A stretch of 64,000 nt of DNA from Candidatus Sumerlaeia bacterium (GTDB lineage: Bacteria; Sumerlaeota; Sumerlaeia; SLMS01; JANRJK01): NCBI GenBank assembly GCA_033764015.1, contig JANRJK010000013.1, positions 288,001 to 352,000 of the forward strand. Direction: 5' to 3'. How positions within the stretch are numbered: the first letter of the stretch is position 1; each line of letters begins with the position of its first letter. The position numbers and the translations under genes are program-made. Shown here piece after piece: positions 39,733 to 49,612 of the stretch. Under the pieces are notes generated by a model. The model was given only the letters and a program-made list of their open reading frames with translations. It did not search any database and had not been told where the DNA came from.

Positions 39733-40935
39733 ATGAACCCCGTCTACATCTGCGACGCCGTCCGCACCCCGATCGGGCGCTACGGGGGCGCGCTCGCCGC
39801 CGTCCGCGCCGACGACCTCGCCGCGATCCCGATCAAGGCGCTCATCGAGCGGCACCCCGGAGTCGACTGGTCCGCGCTCGACGATGTGCTGCTCGGCTGC
39901 GCGAACCAGGCGGGCGAAGACAACCGCAACGTCGCCCGCATGGCGCTGCTCCTCGCGGGGCTGCCGGACTCCGTGCCCGGCTGCACCGTGAACCGGCTCT
40001 GCGGCTCGGGCCTCGACGCGGTTGCCACCGCTGCCCGCGCCATCGCGGTGGGGGAGGCAGACCTCCTCGTCGCGGGCGGCGTCGAAAGCATGTCCCGCGC
40101 CCCCTACGTCATGGGCAAGGCCCCCGCCCCCTTCGACCGCGGCCAGGCGCTCCAGGACACCACTATCGGCTGGCGCTTCATCAACGAGAAGTTCCAGGCC
40201 GCGTTCGGCACCGACTCGATGCCGGAGACCGCCGAGAACCTCGCCACGGAGCTCGCCATCAGCCGCGCCGACCAGGACGCCTTCGCGCTGCGAAGCCAGC
40301 AGAAAACCGCCGCCGCCCGGCAAAGCGGCGAACTCGCCGAGGAGATCGTCCCTGTCCGGATCCAGCAACCGAAGGCGGAGCCCGTCGTCGTGCACGGCGA
40401 CGAGCACCCCCGCGCCACCTCGCTCGAGAAGCTCGCGCAGCTCCGTCCGATCACGCGTCCCGGCGGGACGATCACCGCGGGCAACGCCTCCGGCGTGAAC
40501 GACGGCGCGGCGGCACTGCTCCTCGCATCGAAGGAGGCGGTCGAACGCTTCGGCCTGGCGCCGATGGCGCAGGTGCTCGGCGGCGCCGCCGCCGGGGTGC
40601 CCCCGCGTGTGATGGGCCTCGGCCCCGTGCCGGCCACCCGCAAGCTACTCGCGCGCCTCGGCCTATCCCTTTCGCAGGTGGATCTCATCGAGCTGAACGA
40701 AGCGTTCGCAGCGCAGTCCCTCGCCTGCACGCGCCAGCTCGGGCTCGCCGACGACGACCCGCGCGTGAACCCGCTCGGCGGCGCGATCGCGCTCGGCCAT
40801 CCCCTCGGCATGAGCGGCGCCCGCCTCGCCGCCACCGCCGCGCACCAGCTCCGCCGCCGTGGCTCCGGCACCGCCCTTTGCGCCATGTGCATCGGCGTCG
40901 GCCAGGGCATCGCGCTGCTGCTCCGCCGCGCGTAG
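39733..40935 (+). CDS. pcaF: 3-oxoadipyl-CoA thiolase
   Basis: GCANQAGEDNRNVARM, NRLCGSG, DTTIGWRF, DSMPETAEN, NEAFA, GHPLGMSG, CIGVGQG (PcaF/PaaJ subfamily). Confidence 0.9.
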   Translation: MNPVYICDAVRTPIGRYGGALAAVRADDLAAIPIKALIERHPGVDWSALDDVLLGCANQAGEDNRNVARMALLLAGLPDSVPGCTVNRLCGSGLDAVATAARAIAVGEADLLVAGGVESMSRAPYVMGKAPAPFDRGQALQDTTIGWRFINEKFQAAFGTDSMPETAENLATELAISRADQDAFALRSQQKTAAARQSGELAEEIVPVRIQQPKAEPVVVHGDEHPRATSLEKLAQLRPITRPGGTITAGNASGVNDGAAALLLASKEAVERFGLAPMAQVLGGAAAGVPPRVMGLGPVPATRKLLARLGLSLSQVDLIELNEAFAAQSLACTRQLGLADDDPRVNPLGGAIALGHPLGMSGARLAATAAHQLRRRGSGTALCAMCIGVGQGIALLLRRA

Positions 40936-41014
40936 CCGCTCCACTAACCCCTTGCCCGCCGCCCCCGCCCTCCCGCGTAAAGGGTTTAATATCCCGAACA
41001 AGGCGCATCCCAGC

Positions 41015-42397
41015 ATGTCACACACGCAATCCGACAAGGCGCGCCGCATCGCGCGCTACTGCCTCGCCGCGCGCGGCGCGAAGCTCGCACCCGAGACCGT
41101 CCACGAAGTGAAGCGCCGCACGCTCGACAGCGTCGCCACCGCCCTCGGCGCCTGGCAGACACCCGTCGCCGCCGCCGCCGTCCGCACCGCCGCCAACCTG
41201 GCGCCCGTCGGCGAGAAGCCCGCCCAGGTGATGGGCACCGCGCGCGGAAGCGTCCTCGAATACGCCGCCTTCGCCAACGCCACCATGGTCCGCACGCTCG
41301 ACTACAACGACACGTACCTCGCCAAGGAGCCGGCGCACCCCTCCGACAACATCGCCGCCGTGCTCGCCACCGCCCAGGTCTTCGGCAACAGCGGCGCCGA
41401 CGCGGTCCTCGGCGTCGCCAACGCCTACGAGGTCCAGTGCCGCCTCTGCGACGCTAACTCGCTGCGCGCGAAGGGCATCGACCACGTCACCTACGGCAAC
41501 ATCAGCGCCGCCGCTTCCTGCGGCGTCATGATGGGCATGGACGAGGACCACATCACGCACGCGCTCGGCATCGCAGGCGTGGCCCACACCGCCATCCGCC
41601 AGACGCGCGAGGGCGAAATGGCCAACTGGAAGGCCGCCGCGTTCGCCAACGCCGACCGCAACGCGCTCTTCGCCCTTCGCGCCGTCCGCTCCGGCTTCAC
41701 CGGCCCCACGCCGATCTTCGAAGGCGTCAAGGGCCTCGAGGCCGTGCTCACCGGCGCCTTCGACCTCGTCCTCCCGCAGGACGGCGAAGCGCCGGCCATG
41801 ATCCTCAAGACCTACATCAAGCCCGCACCGGTCGAGTACCACGCACAGTCCGCCGTCGAGGTCGCCGCCAAGATGCACCGCGAAGGCATCGACTGGCGCC
41901 GCATCGCCAGGATCCGCATCCGCACCCACAAGGCGTCCTACGAAATCATCGGGCGCAGCCCCGAGAAGTGGGACCCCATGAGCAAGGAGACCGCGGACCA
42001 CTCGCTCCCGTATTGCGCCGCCATCGCGCTCATCGACGGCCCCGTCACGCTCGCCAGCTTCGGCGAGAAGAAGTACCGCGACCCGGAAATCCTCGCCTTC
42101 CTCAAGAAGATCGAAGTGGTCGAAGACCCGGAGTTCACCGCCATCTACGGCGACGGCTTCGCCAACCACCTCCGCGTCGAAATGCAGGACGGCACCGTCC
42201 GCGAGGGCGAATCGCGCTACCCGCTCGGCCACCCCAAGAACCCGATGACCGACGCGCAGATCGAAGGCAAGTTCCGCGAGCTCGCCGACGGCCTTCTCGC
42301 GAAAGCCGAGCAGGACGCGTTCATCGCGCGCTGCTGGCGCATGGAGTCGCTCGCCAACCTCGACGGCTTCTACCCCTCCTTCGAAGGCAAGTTCTAA
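41015..42397 (+). CDS. prpD: MmgE/PrpD family protein (2-methylcitrate dehydratase-like)
   Basis: RTLDYNDTYL..EPAHPSDN, IDHVT, R.GEMANWKA, EYHAQS, ETADHSLPY, YPLGHP.NP. Confidence 0.85.
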   Translation: MSHTQSDKARRIARYCLAARGAKLAPETVHEVKRRTLDSVATALGAWQTPVAAAAVRTAANLAPVGEKPAQVMGTARGSVLEYAAFANATMVRTLDYNDTYLAKEPAHPSDNIAAVLATAQVFGNSGADAVLGVANAYEVQCRLCDANSLRAKGIDHVTYGNISAAASCGVMMGMDEDHITHALGIAGVAHTAIRQTREGEMANWKAAAFANADRNALFALRAVRSGFTGPTPIFEGVKGLEAVLTGAFDLVLPQDGEAPAMILKTYIKPAPVEYHAQSAVEVAAKMHREGIDWRRIARIRIRTHKASYEIIGRSPEKWDPMSKETADHSLPYCAAIALIDGPVTLASFGEKKYRDPEILAFLKKIEVVEDPEFTAIYGDGFANHLRVEMQDGTVREGESRYPLGHPKNPMTDAQIEGKFRELADGLLAKAEQDAFIARCWRMESLANLDGFYPSFEGKF

Positions 42398-42404
42398 CAC
42401 CCCG

Positions 42405-42450
42405 CCCCGCGCGGCGCCGGCACACAGCCGGCGCCGCGCGGGGATTTGCT
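42405..42450 (+). terminator. probable terminator after prpD
   Basis: ccccgcgcggcgccggc...gccggcgccgcgcgggg followed by atttgcttt. Confidence 0.7.
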
Positions 42451-42479
42451 TTGACGGGTCGGCCACGGATTGCTAACAC
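42451..42479 (+). promoter_or_regulatory. possible sigma70 promoter
   Basis: TTGACG-N17-TAACAC with extended TG, upstream of the ORF at 42568. Confidence 0.5.
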
Positions 42480-42567
42480 GATACTTATGTAATCGGGGGA
42501 CACCAAGCACATAACGCCAACCGCCACCCGTCACCCTCGACCGCCATGTACCAACGGGAGAACCACC

Positions 42568-44928
42568 ATGAACTCCACCCTCCGCAGCACCGCCGCCACC
42601 CCGGCAACGCTCCTCCGCCTCGCCCTCGCAACCATCCTCGCGATCCTCGTCTCGGCAAAGCCGTGCGCCCAGCCCCTCGGGTTCAAGCTGGAGAATCCGG
42701 ATGAGGGGGAACCGTCCTACGCGCTAGGTACCGCTCTGGCTATGGATGGGGATTTGCTGGTCGCATCGGCGCCTTGGGCAAGCGTCGAGGGGGTTCCCCA
42801 GTCTGGAGTAGTCTACGTCTACCGTTTAGGAGTGAACGGTGAGTGGTTGATAGAAGCAACTCTCCCTTGTCCAAACCTCCAAGACTATTCATACTATGGA
42901 GCCTCTGTGGCAGTGCATGGTGACAGAATATTGGTCGGAGATCCCTATCCTAGCGTTGGGGAAAGGAGAAGTGGTACCGTCTATGTGTATCGACGTATGG
43001 ATACCGATTGGATGTTGGAAGCCGAGCTCATCCCGTTCGGTGGTGGGCAGCCGGAGACATTTGGTTCCGCCGTCCAGATTTGGGAAGATACTGTAGCGGT
43101 GTCGGCACCCAAAGAAGACGTCGGTGGTGGGGTATTGGGTGCAGTCTACATATTCCGAAGAGCGGGCGGCGACTGGGTGCCCGAGGCAAAGCTGGTCTCA
43201 AGCGAGCAAGTTCCAGACGCCTCATTCGGGGACTCCATCGCCCTTCATGGAAACAATCTGCTCGTCGGTTTGCGTACTAGAGGCGGGCTGATGTTCGAGA
43301 GGAACGGGAACTTTTGGGGATTCACTAATCTGCTCGCTTCAGAGAATCCAGGTGACAGCTACCAAAGTGGTGTATCTGTTGTGCTGACATCGGACACCGC
43401 AATCGTTCTTGGCATGTACCAAGCAGCACATGTCTTTAGGCAGGAGGGAGCAAACTGGATCTACGACGGCAATCTGCAACCATCCGGCTTGCAGAGCATG
43501 GAGCTCCCGTACAGAAGTGTCGCGCTGCACGGCGACTTCGTTGCTATCGGATCGAGGAGGCAATTTTCTAACGGGTTTCTTTATGTAAACACGGGGGCCG
43601 CCTACGTCTTCGCACGCTCCACGAGCGGGTGGAATCAATATGCCATACTGACTGGGTTGGGGGAAAGAGAAGCGGATGACTTCAGCTTCTCACTTGCAGC
43701 ATCAGATCGCGGATTGGTAGTTGGAGCACCGTTTTATCAAGGGGCGGGAACGCTTGGTGCAGTTTCTTGGTTCCGTTTCGAAGATAACAGCCTAGATCAA
43801 GGTACACCCCTAACCATTTCGGAGGCAGCCGGAGGGGATCTGTTCGGCAGCGTAGCCGCGATTTCTGGCGATACCGCAATGGTCGGAGTGCCGGAAGATC
43901 AAGAGGCGGGCGTGCAAAAGTCTGGTTCGGTACGGGTGTTCCGCCGAGACGGTTCAATTTGGGAGTACTCCCAAGCGCTTCTTCCCACACCAGGGTTCGA
44001 TTCCGCCTACTTTGGAAGGTCGGTTGCCATTAACGACGACGTCGCAGTCGTTGGTCAATACTACTTTGGCGGTTACGAAGGCGGAGGTGCCGCCACTGTG
44101 TTTGAACGGAAGGGTGGTGCTTGGATTGCTACGCAAACTCTCCTCTCCCCCAATGCCCCGTCCGATGACGGATTCGGCAGAGTCGTCAGCATTTCTGGCG
44201 ACCTTATCGCCGTTTCTGCGAGCTCGGATGACGACGTGATTCGTGATTCCGGCGCCGTACACCTCTTCCGTCGAACCGTCGACGGATGGATACATGAGGC
44301 AAAGCTGAAAGCGGAGGAGCCGTTCTTGTTTGGTGCCTTCGGTTCGGCGGTCTCAGTGCATGGCAACAGAGTCATTGTGGGTGATCGAAAGGGAGACTAC
44401 TCGAGCGTGAGCAGTGCTGCCTACATTTTTGAGTACACACAAAACGGTTGGAGCCAAGCTGCGGAGCTGAACCCTTCAAATCGTTTCGGTTCCGCAGTGT
44501 CTCTCTCGGGAGATGTCGCTGCTGTAGGCATGACCGGCAATCCAAACTACTTGAACCGACTCTACATCTATCGGCGATTGGCAGGGGAGTGGGTCGAGGG
44601 TCCCCACATTACTTTTCCCAATTCCGGAGGCGGGTTCGCCAATCGCTTCGCGGTCCACGGTGATGTGGTTGTCGCCACCAGTCGAGAGGATGGAAGGACC
44701 GTGCTCCGTTTCTTCCAGCTCAAGGGCGGCGCTTGGGAGCTTGTTCGTTCGATCGCGGATCCAGTGCCGGGGGACAGCTCGTCGTTCGGATCCGCCCTCG
44801 CCATGGAAGGCAACCGCATCATGATCGGCGCGCCTCGCCTCTCCGATCCAGAGCGGGAGTCCGGGGCCGCGTACATCTACTCCTTCGACTTCACCCCCGC
44901 CACCGTCGACGGCCTCACGGTCCACTGA
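42568..44928 (+). CDS. secreted FG-GAP repeat (beta-propeller) protein
   Basis: Signal peptide; about 14 FGxxVAIxGDxxxVGA...GAVYVF repeats. Confidence 0.88.
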   Translation: MNSTLRSTAATPATLLRLALATILAILVSAKPCAQPLGFKLENPDEGEPSYALGTALAMDGDLLVASAPWASVEGVPQSGVVYVYRLGVNGEWLIEATLPCPNLQDYSYYGASVAVHGDRILVGDPYPSVGERRSGTVYVYRRMDTDWMLEAELIPFGGGQPETFGSAVQIWEDTVAVSAPKEDVGGGVLGAVYIFRRAGGDWVPEAKLVSSEQVPDASFGDSIALHGNNLLVGLRTRGGLMFERNGNFWGFTNLLASENPGDSYQSGVSVVLTSDTAIVLGMYQAAHVFRQEGANWIYDGNLQPSGLQSMELPYRSVALHGDFVAIGSRRQFSNGFLYVNTGAAYVFARSTSGWNQYAILTGLGEREADDFSFSLAASDRGLVVGAPFYQGAGTLGAVSWFRFEDNSLDQGTPLTISEAAGGDLFGSVAAISGDTAMVGVPEDQEAGVQKSGSVRVFRRDGSIWEYSQALLPTPGFDSAYFGRSVAINDDVAVVGQYYFGGYEGGGAATVFERKGGAWIATQTLLSPNAPSDDGFGRVVSISGDLIAVSASSDDDVIRDSGAVHLFRRTVDGWIHEAKLKAEEPFLFGAFGSAVSVHGNRVIVGDRKGDYSSVSSAAYIFEYTQNGWSQAAELNPSNRFGSAVSLSGDVAAVGMTGNPNYLNRLYIYRRLAGEWVEGPHITFPNSGGGFANRFAVHGDVVVATSREDGRTVLRFFQLKGGAWELVRSIADPVPGDSSSFGSALAMEGNRIMIGAPRLSDPERESGAAYIYSFDFTPATVDGLTVH

Positions 44929-45003
44929 GGGCCGCGCTCCGTCGGAGGGCCGAGAATCCGCGCTTGCGCCTCCGCGCGTCCGCGCGGGACACCATCGCAC
45001 GGC

Positions 45004-45786
45004 ATGGCTGAGAACGCGAACCCCGCTGAACAAGACTCGCTGGCGCGCACCGCGCCTTACGAGCGACACCTTTCCGTCGTCATCCCCTTCTATAACGAGG
45101 CCGAGAACATCGACCTCGTCTGCCGCGAGGTCCACAGCGTCATCGAGCCGCACTTCGCGGGGCGCTGGGAACTGGTGATGGTGAACGACGGCTCGCGCGA
45201 CGGCACCGGCGAGGCCATGCGCCGCGTCCGCCGCGAGTTCCCCCACATGCGCGCGGTGCACCTGCGCAAGAACTCCGGCCAGTCCGCCGCCCTCGAAGCG
45301 GGCTTCCTCCACGCCCGCGGCGAGTTCATCGCCACGCTCGACGGCGACGGCCAGAACGATCCCCGCGACATCCCGAAGCTCCTCGAGGAGCGCGCGAAGC
45401 GGAACGTCGACATGATGTGCGGCATCCGCGCGAAGCGGAAGGACAGCTTCATCCGCCGCTTCTCCAGCCGCACCGCGAACCGCCTCCGCCGCGCCGTGCT
45501 CCAGGACGGCATCACGGATGTCGGCTGCTCGATCCGGGTGTTCCGCCGCGACTGCGTGGACAAGATCCGCTTCTTCCGCAACGCGCACCGCTTCTTCCCC
45601 GCGCTCTTCGTCATGAAGGGATTCACCATCGCGGAGACGCCGGTGAACCACCGCCCGCGCGCCTCGGGCGTTTCCAAGTACGGCCTCGGCATCAACTCGC
45701 GCCTCTGGGTCGGCATCGCGGACCTGCTCGGCGTCTACTGGATGCGCAAGCGCGCGCTCCGCTACCGCACCTTCGAAGACCCGTGA
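45004..45786 (+). CDS. GT2 glycosyltransferase (polyprenol-phosphate sugar synthase-like)
   Basis: SVVIPFYNE, VNDGSRDGT, NSGQSAAL, TLDGDGQNDP, HRFFPAL, HRPR..GVSKY. Confidence 0.9.
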   Translation: MAENANPAEQDSLARTAPYERHLSVVIPFYNEAENIDLVCREVHSVIEPHFAGRWELVMVNDGSRDGTGEAMRRVRREFPHMRAVHLRKNSGQSAALEAGFLHARGEFIATLDGDGQNDPRDIPKLLEERAKRNVDMMCGIRAKRKDSFIRRFSSRTANRLRRAVLQDGITDVGCSIRVFRRDCVDKIRFFRNAHRFFPALFVMKGFTIAETPVNHRPRASGVSKYGLGINSRLWVGIADLLGVYWMRKRALRYRTFEDP

Positions 45787-46529
45787 CGCACCCCGGCCAC
45801 GCGGACCACGCCGCCGGGCACCACCCGCCGCACAAGGCCCCCAAGAAGAAGAGCCCCGCCAAGGACGCCCTCCGCGTCGTCCTCGTCGTCGCCATCTTCG
45901 TCGCCGTCGCCTACTTCCTGCGGCACCCTTGGGTGCAGGAGCACCTGTTCGACATCGCCAAGCTCCGCGAGGACATCGACTCGCTTGGGCCTTGGGGCAC
46001 GGTCGCCTTCGCGCTCGGGACCGCCCTCGCCACGGGCCTCGGCTTCCCGCGCCTCTGGGCCGCCGGCGTGGCCGGCACGCTCTTCGGCGCGCTCGAGGGC
46101 ACCGCGGTGGCGCTCGCCGGATCGATCCTCGGCGCGCTCATCACTTTCTTCCTCGGGCGCTCGATCCTGCGCGGTCCGATCAAGCGCCGCATGCCCTCGC
46201 GGCTCCGCCCCTGGTACGACCGCTTCAGCCAGAACGGCTTCCGCTGGGTGCTCTACATCCGCCTCTTTCCGCTCAGCAACGCGACCGTCGTGAACCTGGT
46301 TTGCGGCGCCTCGAAGGTGAAGGCTGGCGAGTTCCTCGCCGCCACCGCCATCGGCTATCTGCCGTTCACGCTGGCGTTCGCGCTCTTCGGCAGCTCCGCC
46401 GCCAAGCAGAGCCCCGACCAGCTCGCGCTCGGCGCGCTCATGTTCGGCCTCGTGCTCGGCTCCCGCTGGATCTACAAGGCGGTCCGCCGCCGCCGCGACG
46501 CGCGCGACGCCGACCCAGCCGAAGAATAA
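45783..46529 (+). CDS. TVP38/DedA (VTT) family membrane protein
   Basis: GTLFG..EG...ALAGSILGA, FFLGR, IRLFP, NLVCG; GTGA overlap with the GT2 gene. Confidence 0.8.
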   Translation: MTHPGHADHAAGHHPPHKAPKKKSPAKDALRVVLVVAIFVAVAYFLRHPWVQEHLFDIAKLREDIDSLGPWGTVAFALGTALATGLGFPRLWAAGVAGTLFGALEGTAVALAGSILGALITFFLGRSILRGPIKRRMPSRLRPWYDRFSQNGFRWVLYIRLFPLSNATVVNLVCGASKVKAGEFLAATAIGYLPFTLAFALFGSSAAKQSPDQLALGALMFGLVLGSRWIYKAVRRRRDARDADPAEE

Positions 46530-46533
46530 GAAT

Positions 46534-46560
46534 CCCCGCCCCGGGCGCGCCGGGGCGGGG
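46534..46560. terminator. hairpin between convergent genes
   Basis: ccccgccccgg-gcgcg-ccggggcgggg. Confidence 0.55.
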
Positions 46561-46586
46561 GCTTGGGACACCCTCGGGCGTCCGGC

Positions 46587-48398
46587 CTACTTCAAGGCGT
46601 CGAGCGCGCCGTCCAACTCGTCCACCGCCTCGCGGAACAGCTTGAACGCCCCCGACAGCACCGTCGGGTCCGTCAGATCCACCCCGCCTAGCTTCACCGC
46701 GTCGATCGGGTCCATGGAGCCGCCCGCGCGCAGCATCGAGAGGTACTGCTCGCGCCCCGCCTCGCCCGACTGGATCTGCTTCGCGAAGAGCTGCGCCGAG
46801 ATGAACCCGGTCGCATACTGGTAAACGTAGAAGTTGTAGTAGAAGTGCGGGATCCGCGCCCACTCGAGCGCGATCCGCGGATCCGCCTGCACCGCCGGGC
46901 CGTAGTACGCCGCGTTCAGCTTCGAGTACGTCTCCGACAGCCAGTCCGCCGTCAGCGCCGTGCCCTGCTGGTCCGCCTCGTGCACCGCCCGCTCGTACTC
47001 GTGGAACATCGTCTGCCGGTACACCGTCGTGCGGAACGAGTTCGCATAGTCGTTCAGCAGGTACGCCCGCAGCTTCGGGTCGTTCTGCGTGCGCAGCAGG
47101 TAGTCGAGCAGCAGGCGCTCCGCCGTCGTGCTGGCGATCTCCGCGACGAAGATCGAGTACTCCGCGTAGCGGCTCGACTGGTGCTTGTTCGCCATCCAGG
47201 TGTGGATCGAGTGCCCCAGCTCGTGCGCCAGCGTGAACACGTCGTCCAGCGTGCCCTGGAAGTTGAGCAGCATGTAGGGCACCGAGTCGTAGCAGCCGCT
47301 CGAGTACGCGCCGGAGCGCTTGCCCTTGTTCTCGAACACGTCGGTCCAGCGCTCGTTGAAGCAGGCGCGCACCGCCGACATGTACTCGGGGCCCATCGGC
47401 TCCATCGCGGCGGTCACCCACTCCGCCGCCTGCTCGAAGCTCACCTCGAGCTCGAAGTCCGGCACGATCGACACGTGGAAGTCCCACATGTTCGGGTCGC
47501 TGATGCCGAGGTGCTTCTTCCGCACGTCGACGTAGTGGTGGAAGTGGGGGAGAGCCCCGTGGATCGCCGCGACCAGCGCGTCCGTGAGGCTCACCGGCAC
47601 GGCGTTCGGATGCAGCGCGGCCTCCAGCGCGGAGCCGAAGCGGCGGCTCGCGGCGAGGTAGTTGCCCGTCTTCACGTTCGACGACAGCAGCGAGGCCGCC
47701 GTGTTGCGGAACTGGCCGTAAGTGTCGTACACGCAGCCGAAGGCGCTCTTGCGCAGCTCCCGGTCCGCGCTCTGCAGCAGCAGCGCCAGGCGCCCCTGCG
47801 TCACGTCGTGCTCCGTGCCGTCTGCCCCCTTCGCCTTCGGGAACTTGATGTCCGCGTTGCTGAACAGGTTGAACGTGGTGTAGGACGCCGAGAAGATCTC
47901 GCCCGCGCGGGAGAGCAGCGTCTCCTCCGCCGTCGTGAGCGTGTGCGGCTTGTCGCGCAGCAGCAGCTCGATGGAGCGGCGGTAGTCCCTCAGCTCCGGC
48001 GCCTGGATCCACGACGCGAGCTCCTCCGCCGGGAGCGCGAGCAGCTCGGGGCGCAGCCAGGCCAGCTTGCCGCGCACCTCCGTCACCTTGCCGCGCACGC
48101 GTGTGTTGCGCGCCTGCGCCGGCTGGTTCCCGGTGTCCTCGTCGGAGCGCTGGTGCGCGTAGACATGCAGCTTGGATAGGATCCGGTCCAGGTGGTCCTC
48201 GATCTTGTAGAACTCCGCGAGGCGCGCCGCCGAGGCGATCGTGCCCTTGTAGCTCTCCAGCGTGGCGGCCATGCCGTCCACGGCGGCGAACTCCGCCTCG
48301 AAAGCGGCCTCGTCGGCGAAGAGGCGCTCGAGGTCCCAGCGGTACTTCTCCTCGATCTGTTGCCGTTCCTTGACGGCGGTGGGTGCGGATGCGGCCAT
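46587..48398 (-). CDS. pepF: oligoendopeptidase F (M3B)
   Basis: KYRWDL, GKRSGAYS, FTLAHELGHSIH, FVAEIAS, WARIPHFY.NFYVYQYA. Confidence 0.95.
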   Translation of the reverse strand: MAASAPTAVKERQQIEEKYRWDLERLFADEAAFEAEFAAVDGMAATLESYKGTIASAARLAEFYKIEDHLDRILSKLHVYAHQRSDEDTGNQPAQARNTRVRGKVTEVRGKLAWLRPELLALPAEELASWIQAPELRDYRRSIELLLRDKPHTLTTAEETLLSRAGEIFSASYTTFNLFSNADIKFPKAKGADGTEHDVTQGRLALLLQSADRELRKSAFGCVYDTYGQFRNTAASLLSSNVKTGNYLAASRRFGSALEAALHPNAVPVSLTDALVAAIHGALPHFHHYVDVRKKHLGISDPNMWDFHVSIVPDFELEVSFEQAAEWVTAAMEPMGPEYMSAVRACFNERWTDVFENKGKRSGAYSSGCYDSVPYMLLNFQGTLDDVFTLAHELGHSIHTWMANKHQSSRYAEYSIFVAEIASTTAERLLLDYLLRTQNDPKLRAYLLNDYANSFRTTVYRQTMFHEYERAVHEADQQGTALTADWLSETYSKLNAAYYGPAVQADPRIALEWARIPHFYYNFYVYQYATGFISAQLFAKQIQSGEAGREQYLSMLRAGGSMDPIDAVKLGGVDLTDPTVLSGAFKLFREAVDELDGALDALK

Positions 48399-48549
48399 GG
48401 GGGGAATCGCCCTTTCCTGTGTGGTGCGCGCGAAGCTCGGCGCCGCGCCCCCGGAGGGCGAGCGCAAAGGCTTTCTACGCGCCGATTCCCCTTCACTTCA
48501 CCGCGATTCCATGCTGTCCTGCATGCATCCAGCAGAGCGGGGTCGGACG

Positions 48550-49605
48550 ATGAAACGCCGCATTCTCGTGATCGACGACGAGCACCGCCTCGCCAAGAGC
48601 CTCTGCGCCCTCCTGCGCGGGGTCGGCTACGACGTCTCCTCCGCCATCGGGGGCGTCGCCGGCCTCGAGGCCCTCTGCTCCGAGCAGTACGACCTCGTCA
48701 TCACCGACGTCCGCATGCCCGACATCGACGGCTTCGAAATCATCCGCTATCTCGAGGCGCACTGCCCGCGCACGCCCGTCATCGTCATCACCGGCCACGC
48801 CAGCACCGAGTCCGCCATCGAGGCGATCCACCGCCACGTCGCCGACTACATTCCCAAGCCCTTCGACTTCGAGCTGCTGAAGGCCAGCGTCGAAAAGGTC
48901 TTCGCCCGCCAGGAGGTCGAGCAGCTCAAGGAGGACATGAGCCGCATGTTCTCCCACGACATCAAAGTGCCCGTCACGACGATCATCGGCTTCGCGGATT
49001 TCCTGCTGCGCGAGGACGGCACGCTCCACCCGCGGGCCCCGGAGTACGCCGCGAAAATCCGCAGCAACAGCCGCAAGATCCTCGCGCTCATCGAAAACTA
49101 CCTCACCAGCTCCCGCGTCGACGAGGGCCGCTTCGAGCTCTCGCCCGCCGCCATCGACCTCTGCGACGTCGTTTCCGACGCGCTCTCCATGGTCTCGCCG
49201 GAGTTCGAGGCCAAGGGCATGAAGTGCCGCGCCGAGCTGCCCAAGACCGCCCTCATCGAGGCCGACGAGGCGCTCCTGTTCCGCGCCGTCTCGAACCTGC
49301 TCTCGAACGCCGCGAAGTACGGCCCGGAAGGCGCCGAGGTCTGGGTCCGCGTCGAGGCGTGCGACGCCGGGCGTTGGCGCGTCGTCGTCGGCAACACCGG
49401 TTCCTGCGTCCCGGAGGACGAGGCCGCGCGCGTCTTCCAGCGCTACCGCCGCGCCTCGAACGCCGGCGCCCACGGCCACGGGCTCGGCCTCCACATCGTC
49501 CAGATCGCCGCGAAGGCCCACGGCGGCACCACCGCCTGCATCCCCGCCCCGGACGGCGCCAGCGTCGAGTTCGAGCTCCGGGTGGCCTCGATCCCCCGAC
49601 GCTGA
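48550..49605 (+). CDS. hybrid receiver + histidine kinase
   Basis: ILVIDDE, TDVRMP, YIPKPF; SHDIKVP H-box, NLLSNAAKY, GHGLGL. Confidence 0.92.
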   Translation: MKRRILVIDDEHRLAKSLCALLRGVGYDVSSAIGGVAGLEALCSEQYDLVITDVRMPDIDGFEIIRYLEAHCPRTPVIVITGHASTESAIEAIHRHVADYIPKPFDFELLKASVEKVFARQEVEQLKEDMSRMFSHDIKVPVTTIIGFADFLLREDGTLHPRAPEYAAKIRSNSRKILALIENYLTSSRVDEGRFELSPAAIDLCDVVSDALSMVSPEFEAKGMKCRAELPKTALIEADEALLFRAVSNLLSNAAKYGPEGAEVWVRVEACDAGRWRVVVGNTGSCVPEDEAARVFQRYRRASNAGAHGHGLGLHIVQIAAKAHGGTTACIPAPDGASVEFELRVASIPRR

Positions 49606-49612
49606 GCCGCCG

